From Dehalococcoidia bacterium (GTDB lineage Bacteria; Chloroflexota; Dehalococcoidia; Lucifugimonadales; UBA3495): a DNA stretch of 64,000 nucleotides. Below, piece after piece: positions 32,959 to 41,622 of this stretch (positions are counted from its first letter, which is position 1; every line of letters begins with the position of its first letter). The position numbers and the translations under genes were made by a program. The notes under the pieces are model-generated. The model made no database searches, was not told the DNA's origin, and saw only the letters and a list, made by a program, of their open reading frames with translations. Location: positions 105,884 to 169,883 of the forward strand of contig CBDCVB010000001.1 of NCBI GenBank assembly GCA_965222895.1, in the 5' to 3' direction.

Positions 32959-33192
32959 TCAGTCGCGGCCGCTGCCCACTGGTCGGCTTTCAGAGTCGAC
33001 AATATCGCCGGTCTTGCCTCCTCTGCGGAGCCAGTTACGCACCCGAGAGCCGCGGGTTCGCGTGGCGTTGGCGCTTTGCCGGATCTGGGAGCGAATTTCC
33101 CGGCCGCTCTTCGGCGCCAGCACCAATCCGGCGGCAATTCCTACTGCGATACCCGCCGAAAGCAATCCTAGTCCTCGCTTTGCGTTACGCAT
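32959..33192 (-). CDS. YtxH-like small membrane protein
   Basis: GIAVGIAAGLVLAPKSGREIR; AGGAGG RBS before ATG 33192. Confidence 0.78.
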   Translation of the reverse strand: MRNAKRGLGLLSAGIAVGIAAGLVLAPKSGREIRSQIRQSANATRTRGSRVRNWLRRGGKTGDIVDSESRPVGSGRD

Positions 33193-33411
33193 ATCGAAAC
33201 CTCCTGGTGTATTCGTTTTGGTTGGCCTAATGGTGTCTCTTATCGGAACGGAAAGGCCAAAGCCTTGGCGGACGCGCAACCAACCTGCCCATCAACCCTT
33301 CATCCACGGTATCCATACCCGGTTGCGTTGCCATCTGCTGGGGCCTCGGCCAGATCTTAGTGTTCAATGATCTTGCGGTCGCAGTATTGCGACCGCGGTA
33401 ACGGAGGGAGC

Positions 33412-33630
33412 TTATTGCTCCAGCAACTCTTCTACTTCGTCACCGGCGCGGTTGCGAACGCGGTCCACATACGACCGACCGGTGCCGACGGCTCGGTCGA
33501 CGCCGCGGCGCACGTAGCTACGAGTCTCGTTGCCAGTTTGGGGAGCCAGCAATATGCCTGCTGCCAAACCCAGCGCCAGACCGGCCAGACCGGCGGTCAA
33601 AATTCCTATGGCTTGTCCTTCGCGACTCAT
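33412..33630 (-). CDS. YtxH-like small membrane protein
   Basis: GLALGLAAGILLAPQTGNETR; AGGAGG RBS. Confidence 0.8.
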   Translation of the reverse strand: MSREGQAIGILTAGLAGLALGLAAGILLAPQTGNETRSYVRRGVDRAVGTGRSYVDRVRNRAGDEVEELLEQ

Positions 33631-33903
33631 GATTGCCTCCTGTTGAGATGAAAAAATTGGGTTTTATCCTATAAAGGCGACGTTTCGCCTACCGACTATG
33701 GGATATTTCCTGTATCTAATTGGCTGATGCCGGAGTGCCTCCAATTATCAATAATGGTAATGAAGATTAGTTGAACTGTCAATACTTATTTTTTACCAGA
33801 TTTATAATTCGCCCATGTTAGCTTGACATTTGAGTGGCGCACCCAAGAATCCCTCCGGTGCGATTTGGACGTGAGCGGGGTGGGGGTAAGTTACAATCGC
33901 GAC

Positions 33904-34398
33904 ATGCTTGGCAATCTGGTGAACCTGGCTATTGCGGTGGCCTCGTTGTTTTTTCGTTCCCATTTTGTGGTGCGCGGCGATAGTATGGAGCCGGCTTTGC
34001 GAGACGGGGATCTGGTTCATTCGGTGCCGAGGGCACTGCTGGTGCGAGGCTTGCGCCGCGGGTCGATCGTGGTGGCTGATACGCGGTGGGGTTTAGATCG
34101 GATTGTAATCAAACGCGTGGCCGCGTTGCCCGGTGATTGGGTCGATGTTGCGAGCGACGGGGCCGTGTCGGTATACGGGCTTACCGAGGAACAACCGCTG
34201 GGTGTGGCCGGGCGTATCTGTGGTGAGACGGGGCAGCGTGGGCCTGGCATCGGCTGGGTATGCGGGGATGATGAGTATTTCCTGGTTGGCGACAATTCGG
34301 TGGAAAGTGCGGACAGCAGACGCCTCGGGCCGGTGGAGGCGACAGATATAATTAGTTGCGTTTGGCTGAGGGTTCCCGGTCACCTGATCCGCCGTTGA
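33904..34398 (+). CDS. Peptidase S26 (signal peptidase I-like)
   Basis: GDSMEP, IKRV, GDN..S.DSR..G. Confidence 0.85.
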   Translation: MLGNLVNLAIAVASLFFRSHFVVRGDSMEPALRDGDLVHSVPRALLVRGLRRGSIVVADTRWGLDRIVIKRVAALPGDWVDVASDGAVSVYGLTEEQPLGVAGRICGETGQRGPGIGWVCGDDEYFLVGDNSVESADSRRLGPVEATDIISCVWLRVPGHLIRR

Positions 34399-34470
34399 CG
34401 ACCTGGCAGCATACTAGGACACCTGACGCCCAGAACTTGCGCACCCACTCACGCCACCGCACCGCTGATA

Positions 34471-35457
34471 ATGAACTTCGAAGACGCGATATTGAGGGTG
34501 GCCGGCTGGGCCAACCGGCACCACCGGCTGCTGAAAGTGTGGCCCATACTGGGGTTGCTGCACGCCAGACGCGGAATCCAGCGGGCTGCTGAACATAACC
34601 GCGCATTGCGGGTATTTCTGGCAACTGTGGCCGCCGTAACCCGGAACGACGCCCAGCAGATGATTGCCGGTGTGGCCTACTACGGCGTGATTGCGTTGAT
34701 CCCAATCTCGGTTGGAGTGCTGAAAATACTGGAGCTGATTTTGGGGACGGCGCTTACCGCACACTGGTATACGCGATTGTCCTCGGCGGTATTTCCGTCG
34801 GGAATAGAACTGACGACGCTGGTTGGTTCACGCAACTCGGCGGCGGCCAGCATAACGGCGGGGCTGGCATTGGTGGGCCTGACCTGGGGATCATTCAAGC
34901 TTTTTGGGTCAGTGGGCCTGGTGGTGAACCGGATGTGGGGAATTGAGCTGGCCCAGGTGGGATACATCGCCAGGGCGCGGGAATTGCTGATCCTGATTGC
35001 GACGGCGCTGTTGCTGCTGATTTCCAGCGTGGCCAGCTACCTGGTGGACCAGGAATCGCTGCCGAACCTGCTGCGGGATTTTCAATTGGTGCAGTGGGCA
35101 AATGCGCTGCAAAACCAGCGCTGGGTGTCGGACATCGCAGCAACGGCGGTGGCGGCGGTGGCGTTCATGCTGGTGTACCGGTACGTGCCGGAGCGTACGG
35201 TGCGCTGGAAGTGGGCGATGATCGCGGCGGTTTTCGCCGGCATCGCTTTCAAGTTAAACAACGATGCGTTTGCGTTTGTCCTGAGCTACGTACTGCCGGC
35301 GCAGCTGTACGGGCCGCTGGCCACCGTGCTGGTATTCCTGATGTGGATGTTTGGTTCGTCGATGATTCTGGCCGCCGGGGCCGCGGTGTGCGCTTATTCC
35401 CAAAGCATCTACGACGGCGATGGGCCCAGGACGAGGCCGGGATGGTTCCTGAAGTAG
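34471..35457 (+). CDS. YihY/BrkB family membrane protein
   Basis: AGVAYY, YRYVP, YGPLATVLVFLMW. Confidence 0.82.
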   Translation: MNFEDAILRVAGWANRHHRLLKVWPILGLLHARRGIQRAAEHNRALRVFLATVAAVTRNDAQQMIAGVAYYGVIALIPISVGVLKILELILGTALTAHWYTRLSSAVFPSGIELTTLVGSRNSAAASITAGLALVGLTWGSFKLFGSVGLVVNRMWGIELAQVGYIARARELLILIATALLLLISSVASYLVDQESLPNLLRDFQLVQWANALQNQRWVSDIAATAVAAVAFMLVYRYVPERTVRWKWAMIAAVFAGIAFKLNNDAFAFVLSYVLPAQLYGPLATVLVFLMWMFGSSMILAAGAAVCAYSQSIYDGDGPRTRPGWFLK

Positions 35458-35507
35458 GGGGCTGGCTGACGACGGTTTTCAATCGAGGCCAGCCGGCGTC
35501 GGCGCGG

Positions 35508-35777
35508 TTAGAGCTTCCAGAAGCTGCCTACCTGACAGATGATGTCCACCTTGTTGATGGATTCGGTGGGCCAGCCGACCACCTTAAGCCAATCCTCGAA
35601 GTGGGCCTGTTCCACGGCCTCACACTCGGAGACCAGGCGGCCGGTTTCCAGATCGCCGTAGACTTTCAGAACGGTGGTGCGGCGGTCGGGGCGCCACTTG
35701 CGGACGGCGTTGAGCTTGTCGCGGAATTCGGCTTCGGTGATGCCGGGGACGTTGTGGACGGCGATGAAACGGGCCAT
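35508..35777 (-). CDS. Small DUF4242-like protein
   Basis: MARFIAVHNVPG start, size and C-terminal P..SI.KV pattern; GGAG RBS. Confidence 0.55.
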   Translation of the reverse strand: MARFIAVHNVPGITEAEFRDKLNAVRKWRPDRRTTVLKVYGDLETGRLVSECEAVEQAHFEDWLKVVGWPTESINKVDIICQVGSFWKL

Positions 35778-35893
35778 TGGATCAAACTCCGTGAGTGGTT
35801 GGATGGTGTTGATTAGACCAGTCGTTGGGGGTGAGATGATGGGGAAGGAACAGATTGTCGCACTGGCAGGACCGTTTGGGATTACAATTTCAC

Positions 35894-35942
35894 CATCACC
35901 CCAGAGCCCTCTCTCATCAAGGGAGAGGGCTCTGGGGTGATG
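35894..35942. repeat. Perfect 20-bp-arm hairpin (CCCTCTC..GGGAGAGGG REP-like)
   Basis: CATCACCCCAGAGCCCTCTC / GAGAGGGCTCTGGGGTGATG; degenerate relative near 52322-52362. Confidence 0.8.
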
Positions 35943-35947
35943 CTGTT

Positions 35948-36511
35948 CTAATCGTCAGCGGGCGGGATGAAGGGGTAGGGGATGGGTGGCCCATCGCGGA
36001 GGGGGAGGACGACCGTGGCGGTGCCGGGCATACTTTCGATACCGTCCTGGGTTTTCATGCCGATTTCCAGCTCCACGAAGCCCATCCGGTTCTTTTCGGA
36101 TTTGCTGGTGACGCGCCCCCACATGATGAGGATGTCGCCGGGTACCAGCATGGCGCGGTGTTCAAAGCGGGCTTTCCAGGGCCAACCGTTGGGCAGCGTC
36201 CAGTCTTTGAGGTACTGGGGCACCACGCTCTGCTTCCAGGAACCGTGCACCAGGATGCTGGGGTTCCGGTCATGGTTGAGGCCGAAGTCCAGATCGTAAT
36301 GGATCCGGTGGAAGTTCTCGATGGCGGCGCTCCAGCGGAAGAGGTGGGTGGGCGTTGGTTTGTAGATGTACTTGGGGAGTTCGTCGCCTTCGGCCACGTC
36401 CTCAAAGTAGATTTGGCTCTTTTGGCGCAGGCCGTCAGCGTCGGGGCGCTCGTTGCGCTGCCAGATTTCCTCGGGCTCCATATTGAGGAGATCGTCAAGG
36501 GAGGTGGTCAT
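35948..36511 (-). CDS. MaoC-family (hotdog) dehydratase subunit
   Basis: YFEDVAEGDELP, NFHRIHYD, LVHG. Confidence 0.85.
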   Translation of the reverse strand: MTTSLDDLLNMEPEEIWQRNERPDADGLRQKSQIYFEDVAEGDELPKYIYKPTPTHLFRWSAAIENFHRIHYDLDFGLNHDRNPSILVHGSWKQSVVPQYLKDWTLPNGWPWKARFEHRAMLVPGDILIMWGRVTSKSEKNRMGFVELEIGMKTQDGIESMPGTATVVLPLRDGPPIPYPFIPPADD

Positions 36512-36531
36512 TTTGGAGGCTCCTGGGTTCG

Positions 36532-36566
36532 GGTTTTTACAAAGATGGACAGGATCGACCGGATTT
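36532..36566 (-). repeat. Family B strand-oriented repeat, fused to a half family-A palindrome (36567-36595)
   Basis: GGTTTTTACAAAGATGGACAGGATCGACCGGATTT. Confidence 0.65.
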
Positions 36567-36601
36567 CGAGATTGCCACGCTGCGCTCGCAATGACACGAT
36601 G

Positions 36602-37159
36602 CTAGCGGCGGATGGTGGAAGCGCGCGTGATGCAAAGGGTTACATCATCCTGGTTCCAATAGCGAGTTTCTCGGGTGATGATGAGGAAGGGCGTGCCATC
36701 GCGACCGAGGCGCTCTCGGATGTCGGAGTAGCTGTTCTGGAAGAAGATGGTGTCGCCGATGCTGGGGTAGGCCAGGACTTCGAGCTCGTTGCCGGCGTTG
36801 AGCACGCGGACGAGGTTGGTGGGGACGGGCGGTAGCTCGCCGGGGCGCGCTACGGAGCCGATGCCGTCGGATTCGGGGTTTTCCTCGAAGGCGGCGGTGA
36901 TGGGGTCACCCTGGTCGGGACGGATGCGGCTGGCCAGGTAGCTGACCATGATGGGAGGCGTGATGAGTCCGCCGTAGCGGGTCGATTTGGCGAAGTCGTC
37001 GTCCCAATAACGAGGGTCGGGATCCATGAGGGCCTGGGTAAAGCGACGCATATACTCGCCGTCGACGACACCCCAGGATTTGACCACCTCACCGTTGACG
37101 CCAATCATTGCCTGAACCTCAGGGGTGAGGGCCGGCGGAGGAGTTTGCTGCTGAGTCAT
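36602..37159 (-). CDS. MaoC/FAS1-like N-terminal dehydratase subunit
   Basis: DPDPRYWD..AK..RYGG..TPP, LNAGNE, YWNQD; partner of 35948-36511. Confidence 0.82.
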   Translation of the reverse strand: MTQQQTPPPALTPEVQAMIGVNGEVVKSWGVVDGEYMRRFTQALMDPDPRYWDDDFAKSTRYGGLITPPIMVSYLASRIRPDQGDPITAAFEENPESDGIGSVARPGELPPVPTNLVRVLNAGNELEVLAYPSIGDTIFFQNSYSDIRERLGRDGTPFLIITRETRYWNQDDVTLCITRASTIRR

Positions 37160-37266
37160 AGGTCGAGCGCTCCAGAAATCGGGTGATGATTGGCGCTGTT
37201 GAACGAGTTGCCGCGCCGAGGCCAAATGTAGCGCAGGGCGTCGGGTTCGTCAATCGGGGTCTGACA

Positions 37267-37417
37267 CTCTCGCGTACCGGCTTTGATCTGTCATTCCGAG
37301 TGTTACGTGGCAATCCCGTCGCCGCAGCAACGGCGGTTCGTCAAAGTGTGTTCAGCCTCATCGAGATTGCCACGTCGCTGCGCTCCTCGCAATGACAGAT
37401 TGGAGCGGGTACGGGTG
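37267..37417. mobile_element. MITE-like element family A, copy 2 (degenerate)
   Basis: Same inner palindrome and similar spacer as copy 1; flanks CGGGGTCTGACA / CGGGGTTTTACA. Confidence 0.65.
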
Positions 37418-38305
37418 CGGGGTTTTACATGGGTCAGGGTCTTGCGGTTAGGCAGCGCCATGCCGCTCGAAGGGGCGGGAACGCTGCCGTCGCGAGAAGG
37501 GCGTGGCAATCGTGCTGCCGAAGGGGCGCTTTCTGTGATTCCAGATTGCCACATCCCTCGACGAGCTCGGGATGAGCGGCCGTTTCGCGCAGCGGCGAGT
37601 GCGAGCAGCGGCTTGCGATTCGCGTATTGCGGGAAGTATGGGTTGCCGGTTTGGAGTCGGGTGATTGCTTCTATCGCTTATCCTTCTTGATTTGGGGTTG
37701 GGTTGGAATCTTGATTCGGTGGAGCAAAGGGTTTCAGGCGCTGTCGGCGATACGGCCAGGAGATGCAAAATTTAGCCCTAGGCTTCGATGTCCCGCGCGT
37801 TTCCCTCTGACGCGCTGGTCAGTGAGGGATGGCGCGGCATGGGGCGGTGGTGACACCCGCCGTGCTGCGCGCTCCGGTCCGGGGAATTGAACGGCGACGG
37901 ACACGCGACAGCGTTGCAGATACCGACGAAGTTGGCCGTGGAACCTGAAACCCTTTGCCTTATTCGAGATGATGGATCGGGCCAGGGCGATACGAGCGCT
38001 CGTTTCGCCATCCGGATTGCCTGACTGGATACAGGATATTAGGAAGCGACCCGATGATGGAAGGGGCGGGTGTCACTGATTTTGGAGGTTGGACGGCCCT
38101 GACGATTGACCGTGATGAGTGCAGGGCCTTTCGATTATCGGAACGTAGCGGTCAAAGGTGAGCTGGCGACGGCGTTGGTCGATGTGGCTACGAGATTGCC
38201 GCGCTGCGCTCGCAATGACATTGGGGGACAATCGAAAGACCCTGGTGATCAGCGGGAGAGGGATGGGCCGGTTAATTCGGGTCTGCCAGATGGAGGACGG
38301 GCAGG

Positions 38306-39235
38306 TTAGGCGCCGTAGGTGCGGTTCAGGACGGTTTCCAGTTGGTCCATGGTGTAGCGGTATTCCTGGGTTCCCGGCATTTGGATGACGAAGTGGGCGC
38401 AGGCGGATCCGATTTGGGCGGCGCGTTCGAGGCCATCGTTGCGCGTGAGTCCGAGGATGAGGCCGCCGCGGAAAGCGTCGCCGGCGCCGGTGGGATCGAC
38501 CACGTTGTCGGTGGGCACGCCGGGGATGGTGGTGTTAGTGTCGGCGGTGGTGATGCGGACGCCGGCTTCGCCCAGGGTGGTGATAAGGGCGCCGGTGTGT
38601 TGCAGCAGGCCGGTTTCGTCGATGCCGGTTTTGTCGACGATTAGGGCCATCTCATAGTCGTTGGCAATCAGGAGGTCGCTGTGGCCGATGGCGGTTATCA
38701 ATCCGGTTGCATCCCAGACCGGGAGGGACTGGCCGGGGTCGAAGATGGTGTAGACGCCGGTGCGTGCGCCCTGCTCGGCAAAGTCGGCCATGTCGCCCAG
38801 GTTGCCGGGGGCTACGATGTTGATGGTCTGCTGGGCGTCCACTGCGCTGAAGTCGAAGCCGGCCGGGTATTTCATGGCGCCGGGGTTGAATCCGGTAATC
38901 TGGTTGTCGGACAGATCGGTGGTGATGAAGGCGGAAGCAGTGGCTTCATCCGCGACGATGCGGATGTCGTCGGTAGCGATGCCGTTTTGTTGGAGCCATC
39001 CGAAATAGTCGCGGTAGTCGAAACCGATGGCGGCGATGAGCCTGGACTGCTGGCCAAGCATCGCGAGGGAATAGGCGATGTTGCCGGCGGTGCCGCCAAA
39101 GTAGGCGTGGAAGCCGTCAACGGTGAAGCTGAGGTTGATCTGGTGGATACGTTCGGGAACGATGTGGTCTCCGAAGCGGCCGTTGTAGGTCATTATCCGG
39201 TCGATAGCGAGGGAGCCGGATACCAAGATTTCCAT
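38306..39235 (-). CDS. PfkB family kinase (adenosine kinase-like)
   Basis: GSLAID, GGTAGNIAY, DPTGAGDAFRGG. Confidence 0.88.
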   Translation of the reverse strand: MEILVSGSLAIDRIMTYNGRFGDHIVPERIHQINLSFTVDGFHAYFGGTAGNIAYSLAMLGQQSRLIAAIGFDYRDYFGWLQQNGIATDDIRIVADEATASAFITTDLSDNQITGFNPGAMKYPAGFDFSAVDAQQTINIVAPGNLGDMADFAEQGARTGVYTIFDPGQSLPVWDATGLITAIGHSDLLIANDYEMALIVDKTGIDETGLLQHTGALITTLGEAGVRITTADTNTTIPGVPTDNVVDPTGAGDAFRGGLILGLTRNDGLERAAQIGSACAHFVIQMPGTQEYRYTMDQLETVLNRTYGA

Positions 39236-39280
39236 TGGTTTGTCCTTTGGTGGTGGGAGTCCGGTTTTTACCGGGGGTAC

Positions 39281-39314
39281 GGTTATTACATGGATATACA
39301 GGATATACAGGATT
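39281..39314 (-). repeat. Family B strand-oriented repeat
   Basis: GGTTATTACATGGATATACAGGATATACAGGATT. Confidence 0.75.
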
Positions 39315-39343
39315 GGATGATTTGATGATTGGGATTAGCCGGG

Positions 39344-39982
39344 TTAGCAGGCCCATTTGCCGGCGATACTGCCGGCGAATTTTACTAGGGAGCCGGGGGT
39401 TATCCGGTTGGTTGCGGCCTGGCCGGCGTTGATTTCCAGGATGAAGCGGACGGGTTCGGTGGAGGGATAATGGGGCAAATCGCTGTGGGGTGTTTCGGCC
39501 GCCGGGTTGAGGACGTTGGCGGTTACTCCGCTCACGGTGCAGTCGGATTTTATCCAGATCATATCCAGGGGAAAGTGCATATTGGGCATCCAAAAGGATC
39601 TGGGCCCGTCAGTATCGTAGACGAAGAGCATGGCTTCGTCGGCGGCGAGGGTTGGGCGACCGGAGAGTCCCTGGGCGCGCTCTTCCCCGGTCACGGCCAC
39701 GTCAACCCGATAGATTGCATCGCCGATATGCACCAGAGGTCGGTCGGTTTGCAGCGTTGGGCCCGGTTCCGTCAGGATGGCTGCAACTGGCAAGTCGGTC
39801 GCTGGCGGCAGGTTGGTTGCGGCGGGTAAATTGGTTGCGGCCGGCAAGTCGGTTGCCGGCGGCAGGTTTATTTGAACTCCCTCGGGTGTGGGAAGGGGCT
39901 GGAGAGTGCAGGCTACGCTGACCAGCAAGATGCCGCTAATCAGCCACCGCGCCGGGTTGCGTGGCAACGTCGGCCAGCGCAT
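39344..39982 (-). CDS. DUF192 domain lipoprotein with LPxATx repeats
   Basis: Lipobox-like VSVAC; GLSGR, MLFVY, FWMPNMHFPLDMIW, LEINAG. Confidence 0.88.
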   Translation of the reverse strand: MRWPTLPRNPARWLISGILLVSVACTLQPLPTPEGVQINLPPATDLPAATNLPAATNLPPATDLPVAAILTEPGPTLQTDRPLVHIGDAIYRVDVAVTGEERAQGLSGRPTLAADEAMLFVYDTDGPRSFWMPNMHFPLDMIWIKSDCTVSGVTANVLNPAAETPHSDLPHYPSTEPVRFILEINAGQAATNRITPGSLVKFAGSIAGKWAC

Positions 39983-39991
39983 TGCTAACGT

Positions 39992-40777
39992 CTAGCCCAA
40001 TTCCGCGCGGATGTCGGCGATGCGGTCGCGCAGGGAGCGCAGCAGCAGCGCCGGCGGGGGAGGCGCGACGTGGGTGTAGCCGACGCCCATGTCCTGCAAC
40101 TCTTTGGCCGACAGCGGGAACGAGGGATGGTTCATGGGGATGGACAGTTTGGCTCCGCCGGCGGCTTTGACCTCGGCGGCGAGTTCCTCGAGGCGGGCGC
40201 GAATGATCGGGCTTTGCGGGTCGCGGATGCCCATGTACTCGGAGAAGTCGGTCGGACCGATGGCGACGATGTCGATACCGGGGAGGCGGGCGATGTCGGC
40301 GATTTCGCTGATGCCCTTCTCGTCTTCGGTCATCACCGACAGGACAATCTGCTCGTTGGATGATTTGGTGTGCTCGTCCCAGGAGACGGTGCCGAAGCGG
40401 GCCGCGCGGGTGCCGCCGGCGCCCCCGCGGCTGCCCATGGGGGCGTAGCGCACGGCGTCGACGGCGCGTTTGGCGCCCTCCAAACCGTCGATATGGGGGA
40501 TGATGATGCCCTCGGTGCCGGCGTCGAGGAGGCGCAGAATCAGGTGCTCGTCGTTGCCGGGGATGCGGATCATCGAGGTAACGCCCACGAGGTCGGCTGA
40601 CTTAATCATCTCGGTGACAAGGGCCAGATCGAAGGTGGTGTGTTCCATGTCGATGAAGGCGGCATCGTAACCGGCGAGGCCGATAATTTCGACGATTTGC
40701 GGGTCGGCCAGGGACACGTAGGCGCCGAGGGCCAGGCGGTTTTCCCGCAGCGCCCGTTTTACCTTGTTTTCGCGCAT
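39992..40777 (-). CDS. HpcH/HpaI aldolase family protein
   Basis: DMEH, LDAG..G..IPH, IGPTD. Confidence 0.88.
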   Translation of the reverse strand: MRENKVKRALRENRLALGAYVSLADPQIVEIIGLAGYDAAFIDMEHTTFDLALVTEMIKSADLVGVTSMIRIPGNDEHLILRLLDAGTEGIIIPHIDGLEGAKRAVDAVRYAPMGSRGGAGGTRAARFGTVSWDEHTKSSNEQIVLSVMTEDEKGISEIADIARLPGIDIVAIGPTDFSEYMGIRDPQSPIIRARLEELAAEVKAAGGAKLSIPMNHPSFPLSAKELQDMGVGYTHVAPPPPALLLRSLRDRIADIRAELG

Positions 40778-40999
40778 GGGGTTGGTTGCTCCTGCTGAAG
40801 ATTGGCGATGCTATGGGATTGTCGGGCCGCGCCCGGTGAAGGGCCGGCCGCATCGCGGGGACAATGATAGCAGATGGTGCGTGGCCGATTCGCGGGCCTG
40901 GATTTGTTTGGAACGCTGGAGGCGCGGTTCTTCGCCGGGCTCAGTATGCGCGGTTTTTTCGGCGCAGGAAGTGCGGTTGTTCGACTTGCCGATGGCGGC

Positions 41000-41259
41000 C
41001 TCACGCGTACTCACTTTGTTAAACTAACCTACTGTCATTGCGATCTGCGCCCACGACCACTTGTCATTGTGATCTGCGCCCACCACCACTTGTCATTGCG
41101 ATCTGCGCCCACGACCACTTGTCATTGCGAGGAGCGTAGCGACGTGGCAATCTCGTTGAGGTTGATTACACGTCGGCGAACCATATTGCTACGGCGACCG
41201 TTGCTACGACGACGAGATTGCCACGCTACGCTCGCAATGACAAAGTGGGTACGCGTGAG
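41000..41259. mobile_element. MITE-like element family A, copy 3, with internal 29-bp x3 tandem repeat
   Basis: TIR CTCACGCGTACTCACTTTGT/ACAAAGTGGGTACGCGTGAG; CGATGGCGGC at 40990-40999 and 41260-41269. Confidence 0.8.
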
Positions 41260-41349
41260 CGATGGCGGCGGTTTGACACTGTTGGTGGTGGCTGATACGA
41301 TTTTCGCGCTGCCGGATCGCCGGCACCAGGAACCGTATTGGTGGGAGCG

Positions 41350-41574
41350 ATGAGTCCAGTGAATAAGCTGATTGAAAACCTGAACCCGGCAACCGTAACT
41401 TCGCGCCGCCGTTTTTTGGGAGTTTTGGGCGTTGGCGTGGCTGGCATTGCGGTAGTTGCGGCGTTGGTTCCCTTCGGCAAGCGGACTCCCAAGGCGGAGG
41501 CGGCCAATGAATTCCCCGGGCCGGGCTCCATTTTCCATCCCGCGCAAGACCCGCGAACAGACCCGCGCCGGTAG
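41350..41574 (+). CDS. Small protein with twin-arginine motif
   Basis: TSRRRFLG plus hydrophobic stretch; GGGAG RBS. Confidence 0.6.
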   Translation: MSPVNKLIENLNPATVTSRRRFLGVLGVGVAGIAVVAALVPFGKRTPKAEAANEFPGPGSIFHPAQDPRTDPRR

Positions 41575-41622
41575 TTGGCCGGGGTCGTCGCCGGCGTGCC
41601 GGATTGATGTGCGGCGGCTGGA

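Noticed and set aside
33904-34398. sodX of a Ni-SOD locus
   Set aside because: No SodN (HCDxPC) gene nearby; left as a generic S26 peptidase.
41034-41120. 29-bp repeats as a CRISPR array
   Set aside because: Units are head-to-tail with no spacers, lie inside a MITE, and no cas genes are present.
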